DNA from: Mobula hypostoma
Lineage: Eukaryota
DNA length: 64,000 bases
Direction: 5' to 3'
NCBI RefSeq assembly: GCF_963921235.1
Contig: NC_086097.1
Coordinates: 32,366,001-32,430,000, forward strand
The notes beneath the pieces were generated by a model, which saw nothing but the letters and a program-made list of their open reading frames with translations, was not told the origin of the DNA and did no database searches. Position 1 is the first letter of the stretch. Every line of letters starts with the position of its first letter. Below, piece after piece: positions 1 through 10,900 of the stretch. The position numbers were made by a program, and so were the translations under genes.

Positions 1-1720
1 GTAATCTGCCTTCCTGTTCTTGCCACCATAGTGGATAACCTCACATTTATCCACATTAAACTGCATCTGCCATGCATTTGCCCACTCACCCAACCTGTCC
101 AAGTCATCCTGCATTATCTCAACATCCTCCGCACATTTTACACTGCCACCTAGCTTTGTGTCATCTGCAAATTTGCTAATGTTACTTTTAATCCCTTCAT
201 GTAAATCATTAATGTACATTGTAAATAGCTGTGGTCCCAGCACCGAGCCTTGCGGTACCCCACTAGTCACCGCCTGCCATTCTGAAAGGGACCCGTTAAT
301 CCCTACTCTTTGTTTCCTGTCTGCCAACCAATTTACGATCCATGTCAGTACCTTGCCCCCAATACCATGTGCTCTACTTTTGCCCACTAACCTTATCAAA
401 CCTTATCAAAGGCTTTCTGAAAGTCCAGGTACACTACATCCACTGGCTTTCCCTTGTCCATTTTCATAGTTACATCCTCAAAAAATTCCAGAAGATTAGT
501 CAAGCATGATTTCCCCTTCATAAATCCATGCTGACTTGGACCGATCCTGTTACTCCTATCCAAATGTGCCTCTATTTCATCCTTTATAATTGACTCCAGC
601 ATCTTCCCCACCACTGATGTCAGGCTAACTGGTCTACAATTCCCTGTTTTCTCTCTCCCTCCTTTCTTAAAAAGTGGGATAACATTAGCTACCCTCCAAT
701 CCGCAGGAACTGATCCTGAATCTATAGAACATTGGAAAATAATTACCAATGCGTCCACGATTTCCAGAGCCACCTCGTTAAGTACCCCAGGGTGCAGACC
801 ATCAGGCCCTGGGGATTTATCAGCCTTCAGTCCCATCAGTCTATCCAACACCATTTTCTGCCTAATGTGAATCTCCTTCAGTTCTTCTGTTACCCTAGAT
901 CCTCCGGCCACTATTATATCTGGGAGATTGTTTGTGTCTTCCCTAGTGAAGTCAGATCCAAAGTACCTGTTCAACACGTCTGCCATTTCCTTCTTCAGCA
1001 TAATAAATTCACCCGTTTTTGTCTTCAAGGGCCCTACTTTGGTCTTAACTAATTTTTTCCTCTTCACATACCTAAAGAAGCTTTTACTATCCTCCTTTAT
1101 ATTCTCTATCTCCTTGGCTTTGCTTCAGCACCAATTTTTGACTCGCAGACCTGTCCGCCTCTCAGACTGGCAGTGTCTTCTGTCCCGACAGCTTCCAAGA
1201 GGGTGAACCTGTTTTCAAGAGGTACATCCCCCAGGGTTTCCTGTACTCCAAGCATCCATCCCTTCCTCATCGTTGCTCCCCTTCTCTCTTCTGTTGTCTT
1301 CGGTGTAATGATTTTGCTGTAGGTTCTGTCCAGAAAACTCTCGTTTTCCCAGATAAATCTGAGGTCATCCAGTTGCTTCTTCGGTGCCCCAACATGTCCT
1401 TCAGGAGCTGAACCTGGACACACTTTTCACAGTTGTAGCAGCCAGAGGCACCATCTGTGTCCCTGACCTCCCACATCATGCAAGCATCACACTAAATCAG
1501 TTTACCTGTCATTTCTTCACCACCTCTCACCCTCTCCAAATGTGGCGTAGTCTCCTCCCTCAGCCTCCTCGCCAAAGACTCTCGAGCAAAAGACTGGCAC
1601 TTTTCTCACAAGGCACTTCCCTCGATAAGGCCGCTCCCCTAGAGCAAACCTTGATTATATCGGATGATAAATTGACTAATTCACTGCACCTTTGCCAACC
1701 TTGAAGGTATGTGTTGCAGG
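1..1720 (-). mobile_element. CR1-clade LINE, internally deleted (RT fragment 1-1100 joined to an ORF1 N-terminal fragment ~1105-1480 and 5'UTR)
   Basis: [48 protein letters not shown] motifs; CxxC..L..QLDDLR and VPLENRF in the ORF1-like part. Confidence 0.85.
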
Positions 1721-1914
1721 CTGGTCCCGACCAGTTTTTAAATCACCCGCTCCTGAAAACAACAGAAAAAAGACTCCCAAGAGCTTGACTTCTCGGCCAA
1801 TCCCTGCACTCACTCCTTCACTTGCCACATCTTTGCCGACCTTGAAGGTCTCACTTTGGATCTGTCTTCACTAGGGAAGACACAAACAATCTCCCAGTTA
1901 CCTTGAAACTGAGA

Positions 1915-3876
1915 TGCAGTTGGTAAGGACTCAAATGTTGGAATCAGAGTTGCCAGACGAAATATTAACGACCTCAGAAATGCAGATGATACTACTCTAA
2001 TGGCTGAAAGTGAGGAGGATCTGAGGAAACTTCTAATCAAAGTGAAAGAAGCAAATGCAAAAGCTGGTTTGTTGCTCAATATTAAGAAAACCAAGATTAT
2101 GTCGCCCAGCCCTATTAACTCTGGTAATAAATAGAAAGGAAGTGGAAGTAGTGACAGATTTTGTCTTCCTTGGTTCAATGATTTCTATAGATGGTAACTG
2201 CAGCCACAAAATTAAACAGCGCTTACTTCTGGGGAGAGCAGCAATGACAGATTTAGATAAAATACTGAAGAGCAGAGACATAACATTGGCTACGAAGATC
2301 CGTATAGTCAAGTCCATGGTATTTCTAGTTGTGTTGTATCACTGTGAGAGCTGGACTATTAGATTAGATTAGATTGAACTTTATTGTCATTGTGCCAAGT
2401 ACAGATACAAAGCCAATGAAATGCAGTTAGCATCTGACCAGAAATGCAAAGAATAGTGTTATTTACAAAATAACTGTGAATAAAAAGTAAGTGCTACAGC
2501 ATACAAAAATAAAAGTACTGAGACAGTACAATATGGGTGCAATATTGCTTAGCGCTGTGATGTGAGGTTCAGCAGGGTCACAGACTCGGGAAGAAGCTCT
2601 TCCTGTGCCTGCTGGTGTGGGAGCGGAGGCTACCAGATGGGAGGAGAGTAAAAAGTCCATGGTTAGGGTGAGATGCAACCTTGATAATGCTTTTCGCCCT
2701 GCCCAGGCACCGTTTATGGTAGATGTTCTCAATGGTGGGCAATTGGGTGCCGATAATCCACTGGACAGTTTTCACCACACGCTGGAGTGCTTTGCAGTCC
2801 AATACAGGACAATCACCATACCACACTGAGATGCAGTTGGTGAGTATGCTCTCAATGGTACAGCGGTAAAAGTCCGTCAGTATCCTGGGACAGAGGTGAG
2901 CTTTCTTGATGCTCCACAGGAAATAAGGGTGCAGTTGCGCCTTTTTGATCAGGATGGAGGAGTTCAGGGACCAGGTGAGATCCTCAGAATTGTGGACACC
3001 AAGGAATTTGAAGCTTGATACAGGCTCCATTACAGCTCCGTTGATGTAGATGAGGACGTGAGTGTGGCTCCTAGCATGCCTGAAGTTCACAATGATCTCC
3101 TTGGTCTTCTGGGTGTTAAGGGTCAGGTTGTTGTCGGCACACCACATGGCCAGGTGCTGGACCTCATCCCTGTAGGTCGTCTCATCATCCCCTCTGATCA
3201 GGCCAACCACCATGGTGTCATCTGCGAACTTGATTATGGAGTTAGAGCCATGTACAGTAATGCAGTCATAGGTGAAAAGGGAGTACAGAAGAGGGCTCAG
3301 CACACAGCTTTGACGCACGCCGGTGTTCGGGGTGAGAGTGGAGGAGGAGAGGTTGTCTAACTTAACTGATTGGGGTCTGTTAGTCAGAAAGTCCAAGGTC
3401 CAATTGCAGAGGGATAAGCTGATACCAAGCTGGCGAAGTTTGGCAATCAGCCAAAGAAATTACATTTCTTTTGAATACAAAAGAATCGACGCCTTTGAAC
3501 TTGGATGCTGGAGGAAAATGTTAAGAGTTCCTTAGACAGCAGGAAGATCCAGCAAGTCAATACTTAAGAAATACAGCCAGACTCCTTACAAGGAGGCTTG
3601 ATTATGAGAGAAAAGCTCAGATATTTTGGCCATATCATAAAAAGACCAGATTCTTTGGAGAAGATTCTCATGTTAGGTAAAACAGAAGGTAAAAGAAGGA
3701 GAGGGTAAAAGAAAGAGAGGATGACAGAGGCTATGATGGATAAATAATATTACTCAGACAATACTTATGACCTTGGGGGATCTGAGAGAGGCAGTTTCCA
3801 ACAAGAAGACTTAGTGTGCAGGAGTCCATGAGGTCACAAAGAGTCGTATTCGACTTAACAACTGAACAACAACAAC
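1915..3876 (+). mobile_element. RTE-BovB-like LINE 3' fragment (1915-2360 and ~3475-3876), split by a Rex1/L2-like insertion
   Basis: RNINDLRNADDTTLMAESEEDL..L.KVKE...KAGLLLNIKKTKIM and RIDAFELGCWRKMLRVP; 3' end gtccatgaggtcacaaagagtcg...actgaacaacaacaac. Confidence 0.8.
2358..3445 (-). mobile_element. Rex1/Babar (L2-group)-like LINE RT fragment with (TCTAA)n tail
   Basis: ORF 2578-3396: [27 protein letters not shown]; tail repeats at 2358-2375. Confidence 0.8.
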
Positions 3877-4499
3877 CTCCTTCCTGATGGTAATGACAAA
3901 AGACCATGTCCTGGATAGATGGATACTGCCGCCTTAGGTATTGCCCATTGAAGATGGCCTCAACGGTGGAGAGGCTAGGGGCCATGGTAGAGCTGGCTGA
4001 GTCAAACTCCTAAAGAAATAAAGCTGCTGGCATACCTTCTTCATAATTGCATTGATATGTTGTGCACAGGAGAGATCCTCTGAGATTTAGCCACCCAGAA
4101 CTTGAAGCTGCTGAAGTTCCTGGGTACACTTGAAGTGTACCACAAGGCAGCTCTTACTGCTTTCAGTGTGTGGAAATGAACCCCTCAAACAGGAAGGATG
4201 GTGGTGGAGAGCTTAATTTTCTTTAATTAGAATGTCTACACTAGGAGAGGTTGGTTAATGTTTGGTTTGTATTGAAGGGACATGTGGCAGTGGGTTAAAG
4301 GAATCTAGCTCTTGGATCTTCTGGTGAGGAAAACTGGAAACTGTGAAGAGCCATGATTGTATGGCGAGACTGCAGTCTGAAATAGTGAAGGATGGGGTAT
4401 GTAGTCACTTGAGCTAGTCAGGCACTAGGCTTGGGAAGAAGTGAGGGTCCAGGCCTTCACTATTGTGTCCACAGACAATTTTTGGTTTTAGAGAAGGCG

Positions 4500-5219
4500 G
4501 GAGGAGAAGATGGCGGCGCGACACAGCACGCGCAGCTCTCTGGTGAAATGATATCGTATTTGTAAGTAGGATGCCGTGCACAATACTGATTTGATGGAGA
4601 CAGACGTGAGAAGCACAGAGGAACATCTGGAGAAAACTTCTGAAATGCCCGGTTCGCTGCCGCTGCTATACTGTGTGAACGAGAATCTCCAGAGGGAAGG
4701 CCCCAAAATCCCCGGCTTTGCCTGCTGCTGGCGACCGAGGCTGGGGTCAAAGCGTTTGGCAGAGATGGTGCTCGGTACTCAGTGTCGGAGGGCTGATCGG
4801 AGGCTCGAAGTTTTCAGATGACTCAGAGTCAGACTGTGGTCGGGCATGGCAGGGAGAGTTTTCTTCCTTCTCCCGTCTGTGAGAGATGTGGGACTTTCAA
4901 GAGACTTTGAACTGTTTTACTGTGCCCATGGCCTGTTCTTCATCAAGTTATGGTATTGTTGCATTGTTGTAACTATATGTTATAATTACGTGGTTTTTGT
5001 TGGTTTTTCAGTCTTGGTCTGTCCTGTGTTTCTGTGATATCACACAGGAGGAATATTAGATTATGAGGACATGCAGTCCTCTTTTATTGTCATTTAGTAA
5101 TGCATGCATTAAGAAATGATACAATATTCCTCCGTTGTGATATCACAGAAACATAGGACAGACCAAATGACAATAAAAGAGGACTGCGTGTCCTCATAAC
5201 CTAATCTAATCTAATCTAA
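4500..5219 (+). repeat. Interspersed non-autonomous retroelement with (CTAAT)n tail and rearranged 3' end
   Basis: GC-rich head agaagatggcggcgcg, AATAAA plus (CTAAT)n tail, internal inverted duplication. Confidence 0.55.
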
Positions 5220-5390
5220 ACCTTTCTCAGTCCCCAGCAAGTTGCTGAATGTAGTGCTGAAGACCTGCTGTTTGTTAGAGTGGTCATTTGTTCCACTGTG
5301 CAGCTCAAAAACCTGAAAACACATGCAATCAGTCTCAAGGACAGCTTCTAACCTGCTGTTAGAACGATTGAATGGTTCCCTAATACTATG

Positions 5391-5583
5391 CAACACACAT
5401 AAAAGTTGCTGGTGAACGCAGCAGGCCAGGCAGCATCTCTAGGAAGAGGTACAGTCGACTCTCAGCCCGGAACATCAACTGTACCTCTTCCTAGAGATGC
5501 TGCCTGGCGTGCTGCGTTCACCAGTAACTTTTATGTACGTTGCTTGAAATTCCAGCATCTGCAGATTTCCTTGTGTTTGCATG
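5391..5583. mobile_element. Short palindromic Penelope-derived non-autonomous element, 13-bp TSD
   Basis: Inverted arms ~5391-5459 and ~5473-5541; CCCTAATACTATG at 5378-5390 and 5584-5596. Confidence 0.75.
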
Positions 5584-7779
5584 CCCTAATACTATGATAA
5601 GGTGGTCTCTTGACCTCAGAATCTATCTTGATGTGATCTTGCACTTTATTATTTACCTGCACTGCACTTTCTCTCTAACTGTAACATTTTACTCTGTATT
5701 CTGTTACTGTATTACCTTGTACTACGTCAATGCACAGTAGTAATGAATTGATCTGTATGGATAGTATGGAAGAAAATTTTTTTCACATGAACACTACTTC
5801 CTTTTCCTCTTTTTGCACTGAGGAAAGGTCGAGCAAGCTGGAGCTTTTCTGTTTGGAGTGAAGGAGGGTGAGAGGTGATTTGATAGAGGTATACAAGATA
5901 AGGGGCATAGATGGAGTGGACAGCCAGACACTTTTCCCCAGGGTGATTGGAGGAAAGTATGGAGGAGGGGATGAGGATATTGGAGGTCACTTTTTTTTTA
6001 CACAGAGTGGAGGATAAATGGAACATGGTGCTCGGGTGGTGATAGAGGCAGATATGTTAGGGGCATTTAGGAGAATCTTAGGAAATGGATGACAGAAAAA
6101 TGGAGGACTATGTGGAAGGGAAGGGTTAGCCTGATCTCAGTGTTAGTTAAAAGGTTGACACAACGTTGTGGGCTGAAAGGCCTGTACTGTGCTGCAGTGT
6201 TCTATGTGATAATGTGAAGATAGCCCATCTGCTGGGATCCCCAAGTAGTGCCATGTGACATCAGTCTCCAGAATGGTACCAACAGGCTTCTGACTCTACT
6301 GAATGGCTTTATAGTACAATAAGGTGGATTCCTGACCTCACAATGCATCTTGTTATGGCCTTGCTGTTGACCTGCACTGCACTTTCTCTGTAACTGTCAC
6401 ACTTTATTCTGTATTTTATTGTTTTCCCATGTATTACCTCAACACATTGTGAATTGAAATTATCTATATGAACAGTATGTAAGACAAGTTTTACACTGTA
6501 CCTCAGTACATATAACAGTAATAAATCAATTTATCAGTTTTATCCTCCTGAACCTTTCCTATCAATGTACCTGTCAAAAAACCTTTTAAATGTTGTAAAT
6601 GAACCTACTTCAACCACTTCCTCTGGCAGCTCATTCCATATATTCACCATCCTCTGGGTGAAAAAGTTGCCCTCAGGTTCCTATTAATCTCTCCCCTCTC
6701 AACCTAAACATGTGCTCTCTAGTGATTCCCCAGCCCTGGGGGAAAAATACACTCCATTTCAAAGATACATTTAATGTCAGAGAAACGTACACAATATACA
6801 TCCTGAAATTCTTTTTCTTTGTGACCATCCATGAAAACAGAGGAGTGCCCCCAAAGAATGAATGACAGTTGAATGTTAGAACCCCACCCTATTTATTCCC
6901 CTTGTGATTTTAAACACTTTTATATGTTCATCCCTTATTCTCCTACACTCCAGTGAAAAACCGTCCCAACCTGTTCAACCTTTCTTCATAACTCAGTTCC
7001 TCAAGTCCCAGCAATATTCATTTAAATCTCCTCTGCACTCTCTACAGCTTAATGGCATCTTTCCTGTAGCAGGTGATCAAAACTGGACTTAGTGTTCCAA
7101 ATGCAGCCTCAATAATGTCTTGTACAACTATAGTGTAAAATACCAACTTCTATTCTCAATGCCCTGACTGATATTCTCAAGGCCAGCCTGGCAAGAGCCG
7201 CCTACACCACTCTGTCTACCTGTGACTCCACTTTCAGGGAACCAGGCCCTTGTGCTTTACAACATTCCCCATAGCTCTGCTGTTAACTGGTGAATGCCCT
7301 ACCCTCACATGCCTTCCTGAGGATGCAGCTGCAGATCATTTCATCACATCAGTGCACCTAGAGAGTACAAAGGGAAACGAGCGGTGCAGAATAACATGTT
7401 ATAGTTACAAAGAAAATTCAGGTAGACAATAAGGTGCAAGCTCATAACTAGGTAGATTGTGAGATTGAGAGTCCATTTTATGTACTAGGGAACCGTTCAG
7501 TAGGCTTATAACAGCAGGGTAGAAGCTGTTTTGGAGCCTGGTGGTATGTGCTTTTGGGCTTGACAGGTAATGGCCCAAAATGTCGAGTCTCTATTCTCCA
7601 TAGATGCTGCCTGACCTACAGAGTTCCTCTAGCATTTTGTGTGTGTTACTCTGGATTTCTTGTATCTACATTATCTCTTGTGTTTTGTATTTTCTGTATC
7701 TCCTCTGCATGGAGCACATAATTTCTTCTGCTCTCTGATTTACATCATTTCCATTTAATCTACCAGAGTAAATGAAATC

Positions 7780-7923
7780 TGGCCAATAGCAGAATAAACT
7801 TTAACCTCTGGACTGAGCTGTGATGGTTAGTGATTGGTGTTTTTTGTGTCCACCCATATTTTAATTCTGTTTGCACGTCTGACGTGGGAGCAGAGACTAC
7901 AACGGGACAAAGCGCAACAGGAC
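7780..7923 (+). promoter_or_regulatory. Candidate proximal promoter/5'UTR of GSTZ1
   Basis: CCAAT at 7783-7787, inverted CCAAT (ATTGG) at 7833-7837 and a TGACGT CRE-like site at 7880-7885, in unique sequence just upstream of the ATG. Confidence 0.3.
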
Positions 7924-7941
7924 ATGGCATCGAGGGGTAAA
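7924..7941 (+). CDS. GSTZ1: GSTZ1 probable first coding exon (MASRGK)
   Basis: gacATGG Kozak-like context. ATG GCA TCG AGG GGT AAA is followed by the donor GTAGGT; phase 0 joins the next exon. Resembles human MQAGK. Confidence 0.7.
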
Positions 7942-10900
7942 GTAGGTATCTACATGAATCAGCAATAACCTTCATCAGGGCAAGTGCAGGCCCTGGAACG
8001 TGTCTGAGTCTACACAGAACTAATGCAATCAGTTAGTGGATTGGAATCTAATAGTTACTGTGTGCTGCTTCTTTCCAGCCCGTGTTGTACTCATACTTCA
8101 GGAGTTCCTGCTCATGGAGGGTGCGAATTGGTGAGGCTCCAGCAACTGGCTGCAATTTGAAGAGTGTGTGTGTATGTGTGTGTGTGTGTATACCTCTCTG
8201 TGGGTGTAAATGTGTAAGATGGAGGCACCCAGATGGCTTTTAAAAGAAATTCAGCTCTATGTCTTGTCAATTGCAACAACCCATTAAACTTTGGACTCTG
8301 TTTTTTTTAAAAAAAAAAAGTTTCAGCTGGGTGAGAGGTTGCCTTGAATTGCACCCAGCTCAGTGAGGGAAGCTGGGCAGGTGTGAAACATTGAGTTTTG
8401 TTTAGACATACAACACGGTAACAGGCCCTCCCAGCCCAGTGAGCCTGTGGAGTGTAGGAGGAAACTGTAGCACCTGGAGGAATCCCACACAGTCACGGAG
8501 AAGATACAAACTCCTTGCGGATAGTGGCGGGAATTGAACCGGTGTCACTTGTGCTATGAAGTGTTATGCCACTGTGCCACCTTAAGTTTGTAAAGAGTTG
8601 TTTCTCTGCATCACTCAGCTCTTGCCTTCAAAGGAATCGCGTACGAACAGGTCGCTGTCAACTTGGTGAAAGATGGAGGACAGCAGGTACGTGCCCACCC
8701 CGTTACCCTCTGTTCAAACCATCTTCAAACTAAACTAGGCAAGATGTTGTGATTGCAATACTTGCATTCTTCAGCCATATTACAATTTGAAAATGTTTTC
8801 AATTATAAACCTTGAGCAGATTTGAAGAGTTATAGAACCATAGAAACTATAGCACAGAAACAGGCCTTTTGGCCCTTCTTGGCTGTGCCAAACCATTTTC
8901 TGCCTAGTCCCACTGACCTGCACACAGACCATATCCCTCCATACACCTCCCATCCATGTATCTGTCCAATTTATTCTTAAACGTTAAAAAAGAACCTGCA
9001 TTTACCACCTCGTCTGGCAGCTCATTCCATACTCCCACCACTCTATGTGTGAAGAAGCCCCGCCCTAATGTTCCCTTTAAACTTTTCCCCCCTCACCCTT
9101 AACCCATGTCCTCTGGTTTTTTTTCTCCCCTTCCCTCAGTGGAAAAAACCTGCTTGCATTCACTCTATCTATACCCGTCATAATTTTATATACTATCAAA
9201 TCTCCCCTCATTCTTCTACGCTCCAGGGAATAAAGTCCTAACCTATTCAACCTTTCTCTGTAACTGAGTTTCTCAAGTCCCAGCAACATCCTTGTAAACC
9301 TTCTCTGCACTCTTTCAACCTTATTTATATCCTTCCTGTAATTTGGTGACCAAAACTGAACACAATACTCTAGATTCGGCCTCACCAATGCCTTATACAA
9401 CCTCATCATAACATTCCAGCTCTTATACTCAATACTTCGATTAATAAAGGCCAATGTACCAAAAGCTCTCTTTACAACCCTATCTACCTGTGACGACACT
9501 TTTAGGGAATTTTGTATCTGTATTCCCAGATCCCTCTGTTCTACTGCACTCCTCAGTGCCTTACCATTAACCCTGTATGTTCTACCTTGGTTTGTCCTTC
9601 CAACGTGCAATACCTCACACTTGTCTGCATTAAACTCCATCTGCCATTTTTCAGCCCATTTTTCCAGCTGGTCCAAGTCCCTCTGCAGGCTCTGAAAACC
9701 TTCCTCGCTGTCTACTACACCACCAATCTTTGTATCATCAGCAAATTTGCTGATCCAATTTACCACATTATCATCCAGATCATTGATATAGATGACAAAT
9801 AACAATGGACCCAGCACTGATCCCTGTGGCACACCACTAGTCGCAGGCCTCCACTCTGAGAAGCAATTCTCTACTACCACTCTTTGGCTTCTTCCATTGA
9901 GCCAATGTCTAATCCAATTTACCACCTCTCCATGTATACCTAGCAACTGAATTTTCCTAACTAACCTCCCATGCGGGACCTTGTCAAAGGCCTTACTGAA
10001 GTCCATGTAGACAATATCCACTGCCTTCCCTTCATCCACTTTCCTGGTAACCTCCTCGAAAAACTCCAATAGATTGGTCAAACATGACCTGCCACGCACA
10101 AAGCCATGTTGACTCTCCCTAATAAGTCCCTGTCTATCCAAATGCTTGTAGATTCTGTCTCTTAGTACTCCCTCCAATAACTTACCTACTACCGACATTA
10201 AACTTATACTGGTCCTGTTTATTAAATGCCCTTTATATACAATGAATCCACTATCCAGGACAACAAATTTGATGACAAAGGTAAGTGATAATAAACCTGA
10301 TTCTGATTCCGAATTGCCCTTTGTATTGTTACTTCTGTGAGGGAGGTAGCCATTTTACATACCGCAAGCTCCTACTAAGTCCCCTCCTTTACTCCCTGTG
10401 TACCCATGACTGTGTCACCACCCACAGCTCTAGTCTGCTAATTAAATTTGCCGACTACACTGCATTGATTGGCCTTATTTCAAACAATAATGATGTAGCC
10501 TACAGGGAAGAAGTCATCTCTCGGACACAGTGGTGTCAAGAAAACAACGTCTCCCTCAATGTCGCAAAAACAAAGGAGCTGGTTGTGGATTACAGGAGGA
10601 ATGGAGACGGGCTAACCCCTATTGACATCAATGGATCTGGGGTTAAGAGAGTAAACAGCTTTAAGTTCCTCAGAATCCACATCATCGAAGACCTCACGTG
10701 TACACACCAGCTGTATGGTGTAAAAAGCACAACAGCGCCTCTTTCACCTCAGACCGTTGAGGAAGTTTGGTATGGGCCCCCAAATCCTAAGAACTTTCTA
10801 CAGGGGCACAATTGAGAGCATCCTGACTGGCTGGTATGGGAACTGTACTTGCCTTAATTGCAAGATTCTGCAGAGAGTAGTGTGGACAGCCCAGCGCAGC

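Noticed and set aside
4500..4850. CpG-rich stretch as the GSTZ1 CpG-island promoter
   Set aside because: It appears to be the head of an interspersed repeat that ends in a (CTAAT)n tail.
9077..10198. 373-aa RT ORF as a host or domesticated gene
   Set aside because: 5'-truncated CR1 copy with its 3' tail; many similar copies in the window.
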